The notes beneath the pieces are model-generated. The model searched no databases. It was not told the DNA's origin and saw only the letters and a program-made list of their open reading frames with translations. A DNA stretch of 64,000 bases from contig CM119268.1 of assembly GCA_051294375.1 (NCBI GenBank), forward strand, positions 10,299,607-10,363,606. Reading direction: 5' to 3'. This document shows positions 26,972-38,422 of the stretch, piece after piece; positions within the stretch are counted from its first letter, which is position 1; each line of letters begins with the position of its first letter. This DNA is from Paraspadella gotoi (taxonomy: Eukaryota > Animalia > Chaetognatha). A program made the translations under genes and the position numbers.

Positions 26972-27234
26972 GACATCAAAACTCCTCCAATACCCCGCGG
27001 TCAATTTTTTTTCTTTTCCAGTTTTCCTGTTTTTTTCTTTAAAAACCGATGTAACCATTACCGGTTTTATTGTTTTTTTAAAAGATATTGAGGGCTTTTT
27101 CGAATTGTTTTTCTCACATAATTATTTACTTTCCCTTTAACTTCTTGCCCATGTCCACAATATGTAAAGTATTTCTTGTTTTACTTCTAGTCGTTTTAAA
27201 CGAAACCATGTACAAACGTTACTAAGCATGCGCG

Positions 27235-30200
27235 ATGGCGTTGTCTTCGTTACTCGCGCGGGATTCGACGCGTACGTCGGTAGATCGAGTGGTGGCGCTG
27301 ATTGACATGGATTGTTTTTACGTCGCCGTTGAAAGAAGATTGAATCCCGAGTTGATAGGAAAACCCGTCGCTGTCGTTCAATATCAAGCTTGGAGAGGTA
27401 TGGGGAAAATCAAAATCAAATGGGAGTGAAATGAAGAGAATTGTTATAACACAACTTGACTGACTGCGATAAATATTTGTTCATTTCATTAGTTGGAAAA
27501 ATCTAAAAATATATGTTATTACAGGAAGGACTACCGGGAGTTGGAATATAAAAAACGTCAGTGATTTTTTTACCAGAGTGCAAAAACTGAAGTTGTTATA
27601 ACAAATAATTTAGCCACAGTATTTGATCCTTTCATTTCACTCCCATTTGAAATCCGTGTAAAAACCCTTTTCACGATTTCGGAAAAGGATTTTTAAAAAA
27701 TCAATCCCAATCTTTCTTTTTTCTACAGGCGGAGGAATCATCGCCGTTTCATACGAGGCGAGAGCCTTTGGCGTGACCCGCAGCATGAGAGGCGACGATG
27801 CGAAAGCTGTCTGCCCTGACATCATCCTCTGTCGCGTTGAGGAATCCAGGGGTTGGTCCACTGAAGCTGGACGAACGTTTATTTATAAAATTTCGTAAAT
27901 TTTTTTCTCACCTTTTATTTTTAGGCAAGGCCAATCTGAACAAGTATCGCGAGGCGTCGGCGGACGTCATGGAGGTGATGAAGCGATTCAGCGACAACAT
28001 CGAACGAGCCTCGATCGATGAAGCCTTTGTGGATCTCACAGATGCCGTAGACGAAAGGATAAAGGTCGACCTTGTCTTGTTGTTTTTAGACGACGTGCTA
28101 TGTTAAACTATCTACTAATAAATAAAAGGCCTGTCGTTTCGCCTCTTCTACATCACTTCCAAAAACCTTCGTGGCTTGTTTCGGAGGCGAGGACGTTCCC
28201 AAAGACGCCTCGGTGGAAGATCGCGAAGAAATTCGCTGTCGTAGTGTCGACGTTTGGTTGAACAGTTTTTCAGCTGAGTCAACGCCTCCGCCAATTGATC
28301 TCCGCCTCGCAGTCGGGGCTGCCCTCGTTGAAGAGATGCGCGCCGCAGTCGCGTCCGAGACGTCGTTTGAGTGCTCCGCCGGAATTTCCAGCGGGAAGGC
28401 CTTCGCGAAGTTTGCCTGCGGAATGAACAAACCCAATAGGCAGACAGTCTTGCCTGTTGAAGCAGGTAAGTGGTAGGGTAGCAGCTTTGTGGACGTAACA
28501 ATTGTAACAAGGATATTTTTTAAAAATAGCACTATTATTAATCGTCGATTAATCGTTTTCATTCAGCTCTTGAAACTTTGTTTACTCGTCTGGAACTGAC
28601 TAAGTTGCGGAATCTCGGTGGTAAACTAGGCGAATCTCTCGTCGAGGAACTTGGCTGTCAATACATCACTGATCTTCAGCGGTACACCTGCGGTCAACTG
28701 GTACAAGCCCCTTTCATCTAGTGACTAAATTATGTGTTTATTTGCTACGTTAATACAAGGTCGAAAGGTTCGGCGAACGCCTTGGGATTTGGCTCCACGG
28801 CATCGGTCGAGGCTTCGATAACGAGCCAGTCACGCCGCGTCAGATCCCCAAATCTGTTGGTTGCAGCAAGAATTTTCGAGGACCGCAGGCGCTGAACACG
28901 AAGGATAAAGTTCGACATTGGTTGCTTCTATTGGCCGAGGAGTTGGTTGAGCGACTGGAAAAAGACAGGGAAGCTAATCACCGCATGGCCAAGGGAGGTA
29001 CTGCTTATGTCGCTGGAGCTAACTTCAACGCATCAAGGACCTTCAGCATTTCAGTTTACAATCACGAAAAAATTGCCACCGATGTTTTCAACGTCATCAG
29101 GTTAGAAATTGTGTTATCTTGACTTTGATCTTAACGATTTAGTTTACTATGTTAAAAGTTAAATTATCTTATGCAGCAAACTGAATGACTCGAATTCAGC
29201 TGGAACTCAATGGAAGCCGGAAGTAATTAATCTCGGAATCATCGCCTCTAAGTTTGAAGACTGTCTTGCTTCTAAGGTAAGTTCAATTCGAGTCAATGTC
29301 AAGCAACCATTCTTTAAAATAAATAACATGTAAAGAAAGCTCTTTCCATTTATGTATATTTATTATAGATCGTTTATTCTGTAGGACATAAACTTTAGTT
29401 GCCCGTTTTAATAATTATATTGAAAAAACATTTCCTACTGTTTTGTCCAAATTAATTCAGGGTGGAGCTTGCAGTTCGATCAAGGATTTTTTCTGCAAAG
29501 CAACGGTCACTAAAAAGAGCGACGAAAGTTGTGACGATGGGTCCGTGGACGATAGTGATCAAAATGCGCTGGACGCTTTGGCCAGCATGATTGAAATAGA
29601 TACAGATATGACCACAACCTCAACCATCCCGTCGAATCCAAAGGGCGCCTTGGAATTAGCTTTTGAACGAAGTAGAAACAAGCGGATCAGAGTGGATCAG
29701 AGTGCGGACATTAATTCCTCGCTTGAGCCAATGGTGTTACGAACGATGGGAAATGAGTTAAATGCCAACAATATCGTGGACGAAGCTGCTGGGGATGAGT
29801 CTGGAAACCAAGATGACTCTACTTTTGGTTCTTTCCTTCCCGTTTTTTCCTCTTGGTCCTCACTTACCCCTCAAGAGCAGAAAAAGAAAATCCGTCTTTT
29901 GTCCTCTCGGTCTTCTCTCGATCGAATGTCGTCTCTTAGTTTTTTCCGGCGCCGGTTAACCGACGCCGATGAGCATTCGACGTCGGATTTTCCCTCCTCG
30001 AGTCAAATCGATCCCGACGTCTTGGCCGCCTTGCCGGATGACGTCAAGGAGGAAGTTTTGCGGCAAACGATGCGTCGAGAGACTGACCGACCGAACAAGC
30101 ATCCGATCGCGGATAAAATCGTGGCCAACGAATCGGAAAACCAACGCTTTTTAAATGATATCCCTGCGTCGAAAGAAGCACCGGGGACAGACAGGGTGCG

Positions 30201-30468
30201 TTGTGAAAAGTGCGGCTCCGACGTCAGCGCCTTTGAATTTCCGGAACACGAAGATTTTCACTTCGCAGCTGAACTTCAGAAGAAAATACGTAAGGACGAC
30301 GCGCTAAGACGTCGGGAGACCTCTGGGCCCACCGCTTCGACGTCCGTCTCTCCCGCTAAAAAGTGCGGGGGCCTCAGAACTCGTGGGAGCAGGAGTCGTG
30401 GGAGAGGAACTAAATCTAGCTGTGATAACAACAATCAGGGACTGAATATAAAAAATTTTTTTGGCTGA
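27235..30468 (+). CDS. POLH: Y-family DNA polymerase eta (~8 exons)
   Basis: RVVALIDMDCFY, GIIAVSYEARAFGVTR, ERASIDEAFVDLT, CSAGIS, NKPNRQT, LGGKLG, PKSVGCSKNF, C-terminal UBZ (CEKC...EHEDFHFA) and a PIP-like NIKNFF. Confidence 0.95.
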
Positions 30469-30669
30469 TCAATTTACGTACGTTCTTCGTTACTGTTTTA
30501 CGTATGTTGCATATTATTTTCAGAAAGTGGGCCTTCTACGCGAATGAGGTGGATCTAAGATTCTGGTGCTTTTGTTTCAAGAACCTCCCACCAAAAGCGC
30601 CTTTTCGAAAACTTTCGGTCATCCGCAGTTATTTTTTAGTCACTCGCTTCTGTTAATTTTACCGCCAAG

Positions 30670-33600
30670 ATGGCGGAGCATGGGCGTCCACGTCCCTCGG
30701 ACGCTGGTTCTAGTAACGTCGCTACCGACGAGGACTTTGATGGAACATCACCCCCAGACATTGTTGATGGAGACGTCATCTCGGACAACGCCTCTCGACC
30801 CTCCGGAAGTCAAAACGTGACGGAATCGATGAGTCGCGGCGCGGAGACGTCAGCCGGTGGACCGGGGCCCGTCAATCTCGGCATGGCGGAAGAAGATGAC
30901 GAGGAAGATGAAGAAGACTTGGACGACTACCGGTAAAATGAGAGAATTGGATTTACTACATGACGAATCTTTCACTTTGTGATTCTGCACTGTGAAAATG
31001 CGGTTTACTTTTCTATTTGTACTCAGAGAGGATATGGTCGACATCATGGGAGACAGTCACGACGAGTCCGAACACATGTCCTCTGACGAAGACGTAGGCG
31101 GTAGCGACGTCGATGCTGGCGACGATGAACCCGAAGACGAGAACGACGATCCTGAAGAAACGGGGGAATTTAACCGACCTAAGGAAGGGGAGGCCCTTAT
31201 TGGTAACTTTTTTTTTAATGCTTTTTTCTCAATTTGACAAATTTCAGAAAAGTCGCAGAATATAATAAAATAATACGATAATGTTTAGATTGATGGAAAT
31301 TGGAAGGGAATTTTAAAAACGTTCAAAAAGCTTTGTTGTTTTGTCTATAAGTATAACCCCTTTTTATCTCGCCAGACGGGCAAATGCCCGACTTGGGCGA
31401 GATGTTAAATCGTTTCTGCTTTTTTTGACCATAGTAGTCGTTGTCACGCTGTTTTAATATTGAAAATAGCTCAAGTGTGTAACCATAAAAAGCTAAAAAT
31501 TTAGATATAGCTTTTAATCAGCAAGATCTTTTTGATTCACATGTTTCATATTTTTCAACTCATTTTTTTGTTTTATTTACGAAACAATTTATATATATAT
31601 ATAAACGAGTTTAGCTGTCCAGCTCTCTCTCTTTTTAAATACATGTATATGTAGCTCTCTCTTTTAATTATATGTCGTACTCTTTTTATCGTCGCAATCG
31701 CGTTGCGTTTGCGACAATCTCGTAACGCTTTTGGGCATAAGTGGCGTCGGCGTCGTCATCGTCATCGCTGGCGTTCCAAATTATAGATCGCCTTTTTTAT
31801 GATTAAATTTGGGTGTATAAGCTGAAAATTATATACAACTTCTCATCATCGATGTGCTTAAAATTGAGTCTGGACAGTTATTAAATGTTTTGTTTACGTT
31901 TTATCAATACAAACAAATTTTTTTCTTTTTATTTTCTATTTCTTCTCTCTCTTTTCTCTTTTAATTACATGTCTCTCTCCCTCTCTCTTTTCCCTAGTCA
32001 CTGATTCATAATCTAGTGAAAAAAAACGAGTCTGCAGCTGGCTCTGCAGGGGCTTATTCTTTTTCTCTCTTTTTTCTTGGCTGCTTCTGCCTTTTGAGAC
32101 TGCAGCTGGCTCTCAGGGGCTCTTTCTTTTTCTTTCTTTTCTCCTGCTGCTTCTGCTGCTGCCTTTTAATTTCTTTCTTTTTTTCTGGGTGCCTCTGCTG
32201 CTGAAAATGATTTGGCTTCTTTCTCTCTCTCTCTCTCTCTCTCTGATTAATTTTTTCCCTCTAAAAACTTTTATTATCGCCATTTATTCCCAAATTTATA
32301 TCCGAGATTTTGTGGATTTTTTTCGTAGATTTTTTTTTCTCAAATTTGATTTTTTTAGTATCAAAATTTGTCGTCAATCCAGATTTTTCTTATGCAATTG
32401 CGACATACTATTGATTTAAGATTTTCCATCATTGCTTCTTCTGATTCGTTATCTAGCTTTTTTTTTCTCTCTTTTTCTCTCTCACTCATACACGCATTTG
32501 TTTGTTTTATTTACGATGAATGATTATCATCACATCAATGAAAGACTATTATTGCATCCATCATTTTGTTATTATCATATTAATATTTGGTTATCATCGC
32601 ATCAATATTTGGTTATCATCGCAACAATCAATCAATATTACATCAATCAATCAATTATTATGATATTAATAATTCGTTTTTGTATCAATCATTTATTTTT
32701 TTTTATTATTTTTTTCATTAATTTTTTTTTATAGTAACGTCTGGCGAGATCACTCTACTTTTAAGATTTTTTTTCTTTAAGGCTGCAAGCATTATCGCCG
32801 AAGGTGCGCCCTCATCTGCCCCACTTGTTCCAAAGCCTACACCTGCCGGTTTTGCCACGACGAAGAGGAAGCTTCGCACGAGTTGGACCGAAAGTCCGTT
32901 GTTCAAATCAAATGCCTAGAGTGCGATCGGGTGCAGAAGGTATATTACAGTATATAAGTGAAGCAGTACGGAGTATTGTTAGTATTGTTGCGAGCGAACG
33001 TTCCACCATTAACAGACTTCCTCTTATTCAGGTTGAAAACTCTTGCTGCTCCTGCGGCGTCACCTTCGCCCTCTACTTTTGCGCCATCTGTCGACTTTAC
33101 GACGATGACGACAAAAACCAGTACCATTGCGACGGGTGTCAGATTTGCCGCGTCGGCGGCCGCGCCAACTTCTTCCACTGCTCCACCTGTGACATGTGCT
33201 TGGCCAACGAAATGCAGGACAACCACAAGTGCGTCGAAAAGATGTCCCGCTCCAATTGTCCCGTCTGCCTAGAAGACCTGCACACCAGCCGCAAAGCCTG
33301 CCGCGTGCCAAAATGCGGCCATATGCTTCATTTTAAGTGCATGCAACGCCTCCTCAAAACTGGCAACTACGCCTGCCCCTCTTGTAGCGTCTCAATGGTT
33401 GACATGACCTCGGTTTGGGAACGACTCGACTACGAGGTGGAAGCGACTCCGATGCCTGCGGAATACCGCGATTTCAAAGTCCAGATCCTTTGCCGCGACT
33501 GCCACCAAGAATCTCGCGCCCCCTTTCACATACTCGGTCAAAAGTGCTCCCATTGCGGCTCCTACAACACTTGCCGTGCCGCGGAGCCAGGCGGCTGCTG

Positions 33601-33973
33601 TGCAGAGGATATCAATGGCGATGCCGATAGCGAATCGTCTCTGGCGGCGACGGCGCAGGCGAACGCCGAAGACGCCGCTGCTGCCGCCGTTAGAGAATTG
33701 GGTCTCGCCGGAAGCGTCCGTGAGGACGGCGAGGAGCAAGAAGAGGCAGAGAACTTTCATCGCATGCGAGGACTCATACAAAGACTGACCGGTGGCGGAC
33801 GAGGCGGGAGCGGAAGCGACCGATCGAATCACCGACGAGACAATGACGAGGCAGGTTCCTCTTCTTCCGACGGTGGCGGCGCAAGCGGGGCGAGCGGTTC
33901 CAGTGGCTCACGCGACGGACCGAGCGGCGCCGCCAGAGCCCCATTGTATAGAGATGACGATGATTTCGACTGA
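30670..33973 (+). CDS. RCHY1: RING finger and CHY zinc finger E3 ligase (Pirh2) with acidic N- and Gly/Ser-rich C-terminal extensions; exons ~30670-30932, 31028-31202, 32782-32939, 33032-33973
   Basis: GCKHYRRRC...CRFCHDE CHY finger, CTCHY (YFCAICRLYDD..YHCDGCQICRVG), RING-H2 (CPVCLEDLH...CGHMLHFKC...CPSC) and zinc ribbon (CRDC...KCSHCGSYNT). Confidence 0.93.
31361..32762 (+). mobile_element. HINE-like element family A in RCHY1 intron 2
   Basis: T-run + subTIR ATCTCGCCAGAC (31366-31377) with an adjacent inverted TTGGGCGAGAT, and a 3' subTIR GTCTGGCGAGAT (32739-32750) + cactctactttt. The same ends occur at 37241/38012 and 53061. Confidence 0.8.
31683..32415 (+). mobile_element. HINE-like element family B nested in family A
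   Basis: T-run + ATCGTCGCAATCG...TTGCGACAAT 5' hairpin and a 3' tatgcaattgcgacat end. Homologous to 52661-54140. Confidence 0.7.
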
Positions 33974-34472
33974 AAAAAAAACCTTAGCCTCATTATTCTT
34001 TCTCGTGTTTAACTCCGCTCCGAACGCGCGCGTATGACATCTGCCGATCAATTACCTAAATCGTTTCTGCTTTGAATCTAAGCTGTGTAGGTTTTTAGAT
34101 TTTGCTCCGGTCGTCGATTTGATTTAAAAGACGTATAGTGAAATAATTTTCCGACTAAAATTTTTCACCGTCCTTCCCCCTAGCCTCAAAAAAGCACATA
34201 ACTTATTTCGCTCTTAATCACCATATTATTCTTTTTTTTATGCAGAGTTTTAAAGTAATTCTTTTTTTTTTTTGATAAATCACTCTCAAGGTGTTTCATT
34301 CCACTTCAATTAAAAATTTTTTTAGCTCTCGCAATGCCAAGTCATTTTCTTTTTTTAAAACTTTATGCTTTATTGTACGCGTCGATATTTGCGAAGATTT
34401 TTCCGCAGATCTGCTGATTGAGTGGCGTTGTTTTTTTTGAGGTCTTTGATTAGACGTACCTGCGCCCTTAAG

Positions 34473-35993
34473 ATGTCGACGGCGTCCGAGGAAAACTCAC
34501 GTGTTGTGGAGGAGGTCAAAGATTATTATGGAAAGCGGCTGCAGAAATCGGCCGACCTGAAGACGAACGTATGCGTGGTCGGCTCCCAGGGTGGAATGTC
34601 AGCGCGAGCGCGAGAAGCTATGAAACTCGTGCATACGGAGGTTAAACAAAGATATTACGGCTGCGGGACAGTTATTCCCGAAGCCATCGAAGGCGAGCAT
34701 CGAATGATAAGGGTTCACCGTTCGGGCATGTTTTTAGATTCTTAAAAAACATTAATAAAATAATTCGAGGTATAATACTAATGTCTCTAATCTGCTATCC
34801 GGACAGGTTGTCACATTCTCGACCTTGGTTGTGGTTCCGGTGTGGATGTATACGTATTATCGAAGCTCGTTGGTGCTAGTGGATTTGTCACTGGCGTCGA
34901 CATGACGCCGGAGCAACTCGAAATCGCTCGTCGGTACATTCAATATCACGCTGACGCTTTTGGGTGAGGGTTTTTTTTGGCGGAAATGATCTGAATCCCC
35001 AGCTGTCGAAAATATCGCGATGTTTTCCTTGAAGATTTTCCAAACCGAACGTGCAAATCCTCGAAGGGTGCATCGAGGATTTGGCTGCGGCCGGAGTCGA
35101 ATCAAATTCCGTCGACGTCATCGTTTCCAATTGCGTCGTCAATTTAGCCGCGGACAAGCGGCAAGTCCTTGCGGAGGCCTACAGAGTACTTAAGGACGGG
35201 GGCGAGATCCACTTTAGCGATATCTACGCTGACCAGGTTCCGTAACGCTTGGGAAGTTAGAGGGGGGATATGTTTTTCAGGAGCATCTTTGATGAAGTGA
35301 GAATTAATGTTTTTTTTTTTCTTTATTTACTAATTGTAAAAAAAGACCAAATAAACCACTCTTGTTAAAACCATACTTTCTCTTTCAGGAAGTTTCGGAA
35401 GACCTTCGACGGGATCCTGTCCTTTGGGGAGAATGCATCAGCGGCGCCCTTTACTGGCGACGACTTCACGACCTGGCATCGGAAGTAGGCTTCGCGCCGC
35501 CAAGGCTCGTCCGAGCCAACGGCTTCGACCTCGGAAATCCCGAAATGGAGGAGAAGCTTCGCGGTTACAAATTCGTTTCGGCGACTTACCGCCTTTTCAA
35601 AGTCGCAAAGGAGAAGATGGTAGGCGATCGGTTTCAAGTAGCTTACACGGGAGAGATACTGGACCACGAGGTTCGTATCGCCTTGAGCGGGACATTATCA
35701 TATACTGAGCGAACAAAATATTAAAAAAAAAAAATAGGTGGCTTTAATTTAAATTTATTTTCCAGGAGTCTTTCCTATTTGATTGCGACTTCACTTTTCC
35801 GTCCGGTTTCGTCGTCGAGGTCGACGACACAACGGCCTCCATTCTGATGGCGTCGAGATTCAAAGATGAATTTGAATTTCGTAAAGTCACGGAGGGAGCC
35901 GCACCCTCGGACTCGTCACTCCGAGATCCCTTCCAATTGCCTTCCGGCGGTTCCGCCTCTGCCTGCTGCTCGACCGGTGGCAAGTGTTGCTGA
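34473..35993 (+). CDS. AS3MT: Arsenite methyltransferase (5 exons)
   Basis: VKDYYGKRLQKSADLKTNVC, RYYGCG, ILDLGCGSG, GVDMT, DVIVSNCVVNL, GGEIHFSDIY, LWGECISGALYW, FVSATYRLFK and a Cys-rich end ACCSTGGKCC*. Confidence 0.95.
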
Positions 35994-36202
35994 GCTGTGA
36001 TCTCTGTGAACTCAGTCGCGCTTCTCACGCCTTTACTAGTCATGAAAGAAAAATAATTTCAATTGGCATTGATTCCACTTTTTGTAGCGCTCGTTATAAG
36101 TTTCATGCGTATTTTTAAATTTGTTTGTTATGGTTTTTAGGATATCCAGCGATCTCTTTCTTAAAAAAAAAAAAAAACATATATTTTCGAGTAATTGACG
36201 AA

Positions 36203-38167
36203 ATGAACGTGCTCCCGGAGCATCCTCCTTCTTTCTGGAGCAACGGACCCGCGCCGGGCCAGTTACATCAATTTCCCGGGGTGCCCTCCGTCCCTGATCT
36301 CGGCGTCCAGCGGACTCAATATCCCTCGACGCAGGGAACCTCCGTTTTGGGTATCAAGTTTGACGGTGGCGTCATCATCGCCGCCGACAAACTCGGCTCT
36401 TACGGATCTCTGGCTCGATTTAGGGGCATCTCCAGAGTTATGAAGGTATGCTCATAGTGTTGAACGTATTACGATTGTCAAACGTTAATTGTTTATGAGA
36501 ATGTACGAAATATGGCTCTCTTGATGAATGATGAATGAAATTAAAAATTCGATTGGAAATATCATTTGTGATGGTTTTTTCTTTTATGTAAATCTTTCAT
36601 CTGATATAAAAAAAAATTCGATAACGCTACAGGTTAATCCGAAGACTGTGATGGCGGCGAGCGGCGACTACGCTGACTTTCAGTTTCTTCAAGACGTTGT
36701 CGAGCAACGTGTTATCGACGAGGAGTGCCTCGACGACGGAATTCAATATACGCCTAAAGTAAATTACAAAGTTTTTAATTGTTTATAATATTATTTTTCG
36801 GTGAAATTTAAACTTTATTCCGCTTATTACAAGGCCTTGCATTCTTGGCTGACTCGCGTTCTTTACAATCGTCGATCGAGGTTCAATCCTCTCTGGAATT
36901 CCATCGTCGTAGGGGGAGTTGAAAACGACGGTTCAACTTATTTGGGAACTGTGAACATGATTGGTAAGCCTCGTCTGAAGTGATAACGAGATTGTAATTT
37001 TTACTTATTTCTACCTCATTTCAGGTATCGCCTTCAAGGACAACGCCATCGCTACGGGATTCGGCGCCCATTTGGCGCTGCCAATGATGAGGGATGCTCT
37101 AGAAAAGAAGCCTCAACTCACGGCCCAAGAGGCCAAAGACCTCATCGCCAAATGCATGGAAGTGTTGTTCTACAGGTAATAAAGTAACTGGTCAATGGTC
37201 ATTAAAAAAATGACAAATTTGTGAATTGATGTTTTTTTTTATCTCGCCAGACGGACCTAGGCCCGTCTTGGGTGAGATAATGGATTAATATTGCTTCTTA
37301 GTGACGTCATCGTTATCGTTATCACACTTTTTTAAAAATGTTTATAATTGTGAAAGTGTATATTTGTAAGAACTTAAAAATTATAAGTTTTATATGAATT
37401 TAAATATTTTTTGTTTTAATTTCTTTCATATTATGATTAACAGTAATATGCAAATATTAATATATAGTTTTTTTCCATCGCTGCTTTTTCTGATTCGTTT
37501 AAAAATTAGTTCTGCAGCGGCTGGACTTCTCTCTTTGTCTTTTTTCTCTCTTTTTTTCTCTCTTCTGATTCGTTTAAAAATGAGTTCAGTTCCGCAGCCC
37601 CTGGACCTTCTCTTTTTCTCTCTTTCTCTCGCTCTCTGATTTAAAAAAAAAGTTTTTAGGATCGTGCTCGTGACGTTAATCATGGCAGTCGTGTATGTTA
37701 TTATTATACCGATTTTTATTTTGTTTTTTCTTTTCCCCTCATTTTCTCTCATTTTTTATCTCTTTATCTTTAATTCAGTTCATATTTTTAAATTTATTTA
37801 TTCAATGTCATTTATTTATCTCAATTCTTTTATTATTATTTTTAATAAATTTAAATTTAATTCATTAATTTTAAATTGGTTATCAAATCATCAATAATTA
37901 GTTATCATCGCATCAATAATTCATTATTATTGTATCAATAATCAATTACTATCAATCATTCGTTTTTTTCCGGATTTTTTCATTAATTTTTTTAGTAACG
38001 GATTGGCGAGATCACTATACTTTTATGATTATTTGTATTCCAGAGACGCTCGGTCTTTCGACGTCTACGAGACGGCCATCATTACTTCTCGCGGCGTCGA
38101 GGTCGTTCCTTCCATTCCTGTCAAATCGAATTGGGACGTCGGTCAGGCGATCAAGGGTTACGAGTGA
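36203..38167 (+). CDS. PSMB4: Proteasome subunit beta type-4 (beta7), 5 exons
   Basis: [83 protein letters not shown], ends IKGYE*. Confidence 0.96.
37232..38024 (+). mobile_element. HINE-like element family A in the last PSMB4 intron
   Basis: T-run + ATCTCGCCAGAC (37241-37252), gcccgtcttgggtgagat, and a 3' end agtaacggaTTGGCGAGAT cactatactttt (to 38024). Confidence 0.8.
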
Positions 38168-38422
38168 CGTATTTTCGTGAAAAAGACGATATAAAAAGTC
38201 TGAATGATTCTGCCTAGTATCCCACGTTCGATTCTTTAGGCGTATTGCTATTGATAATATTTTCCTTTTTTTTTTCATCCTATTATTATCATCGTATTAT
38301 CTATTTTTTTCCACTCTTAGTTTTTTTCTTAAAAAAACAAAAATACCAAAGAATCAAAAGGCAACTTTCCAAAACTTTTTCCAAAAAGCCACTAAGAAAT
38401 TAACCGTATAAAGTTTGTGAAA

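Noticed and set aside
35985-36080. AS3MT ending CC-TGA as a possible selenocysteine read-through
   Set aside because: No convincing SECIS stem (ATGA...AA...GA pairing) in the short 3' spacer, and Cys-rich ends are normal for AS3MT.
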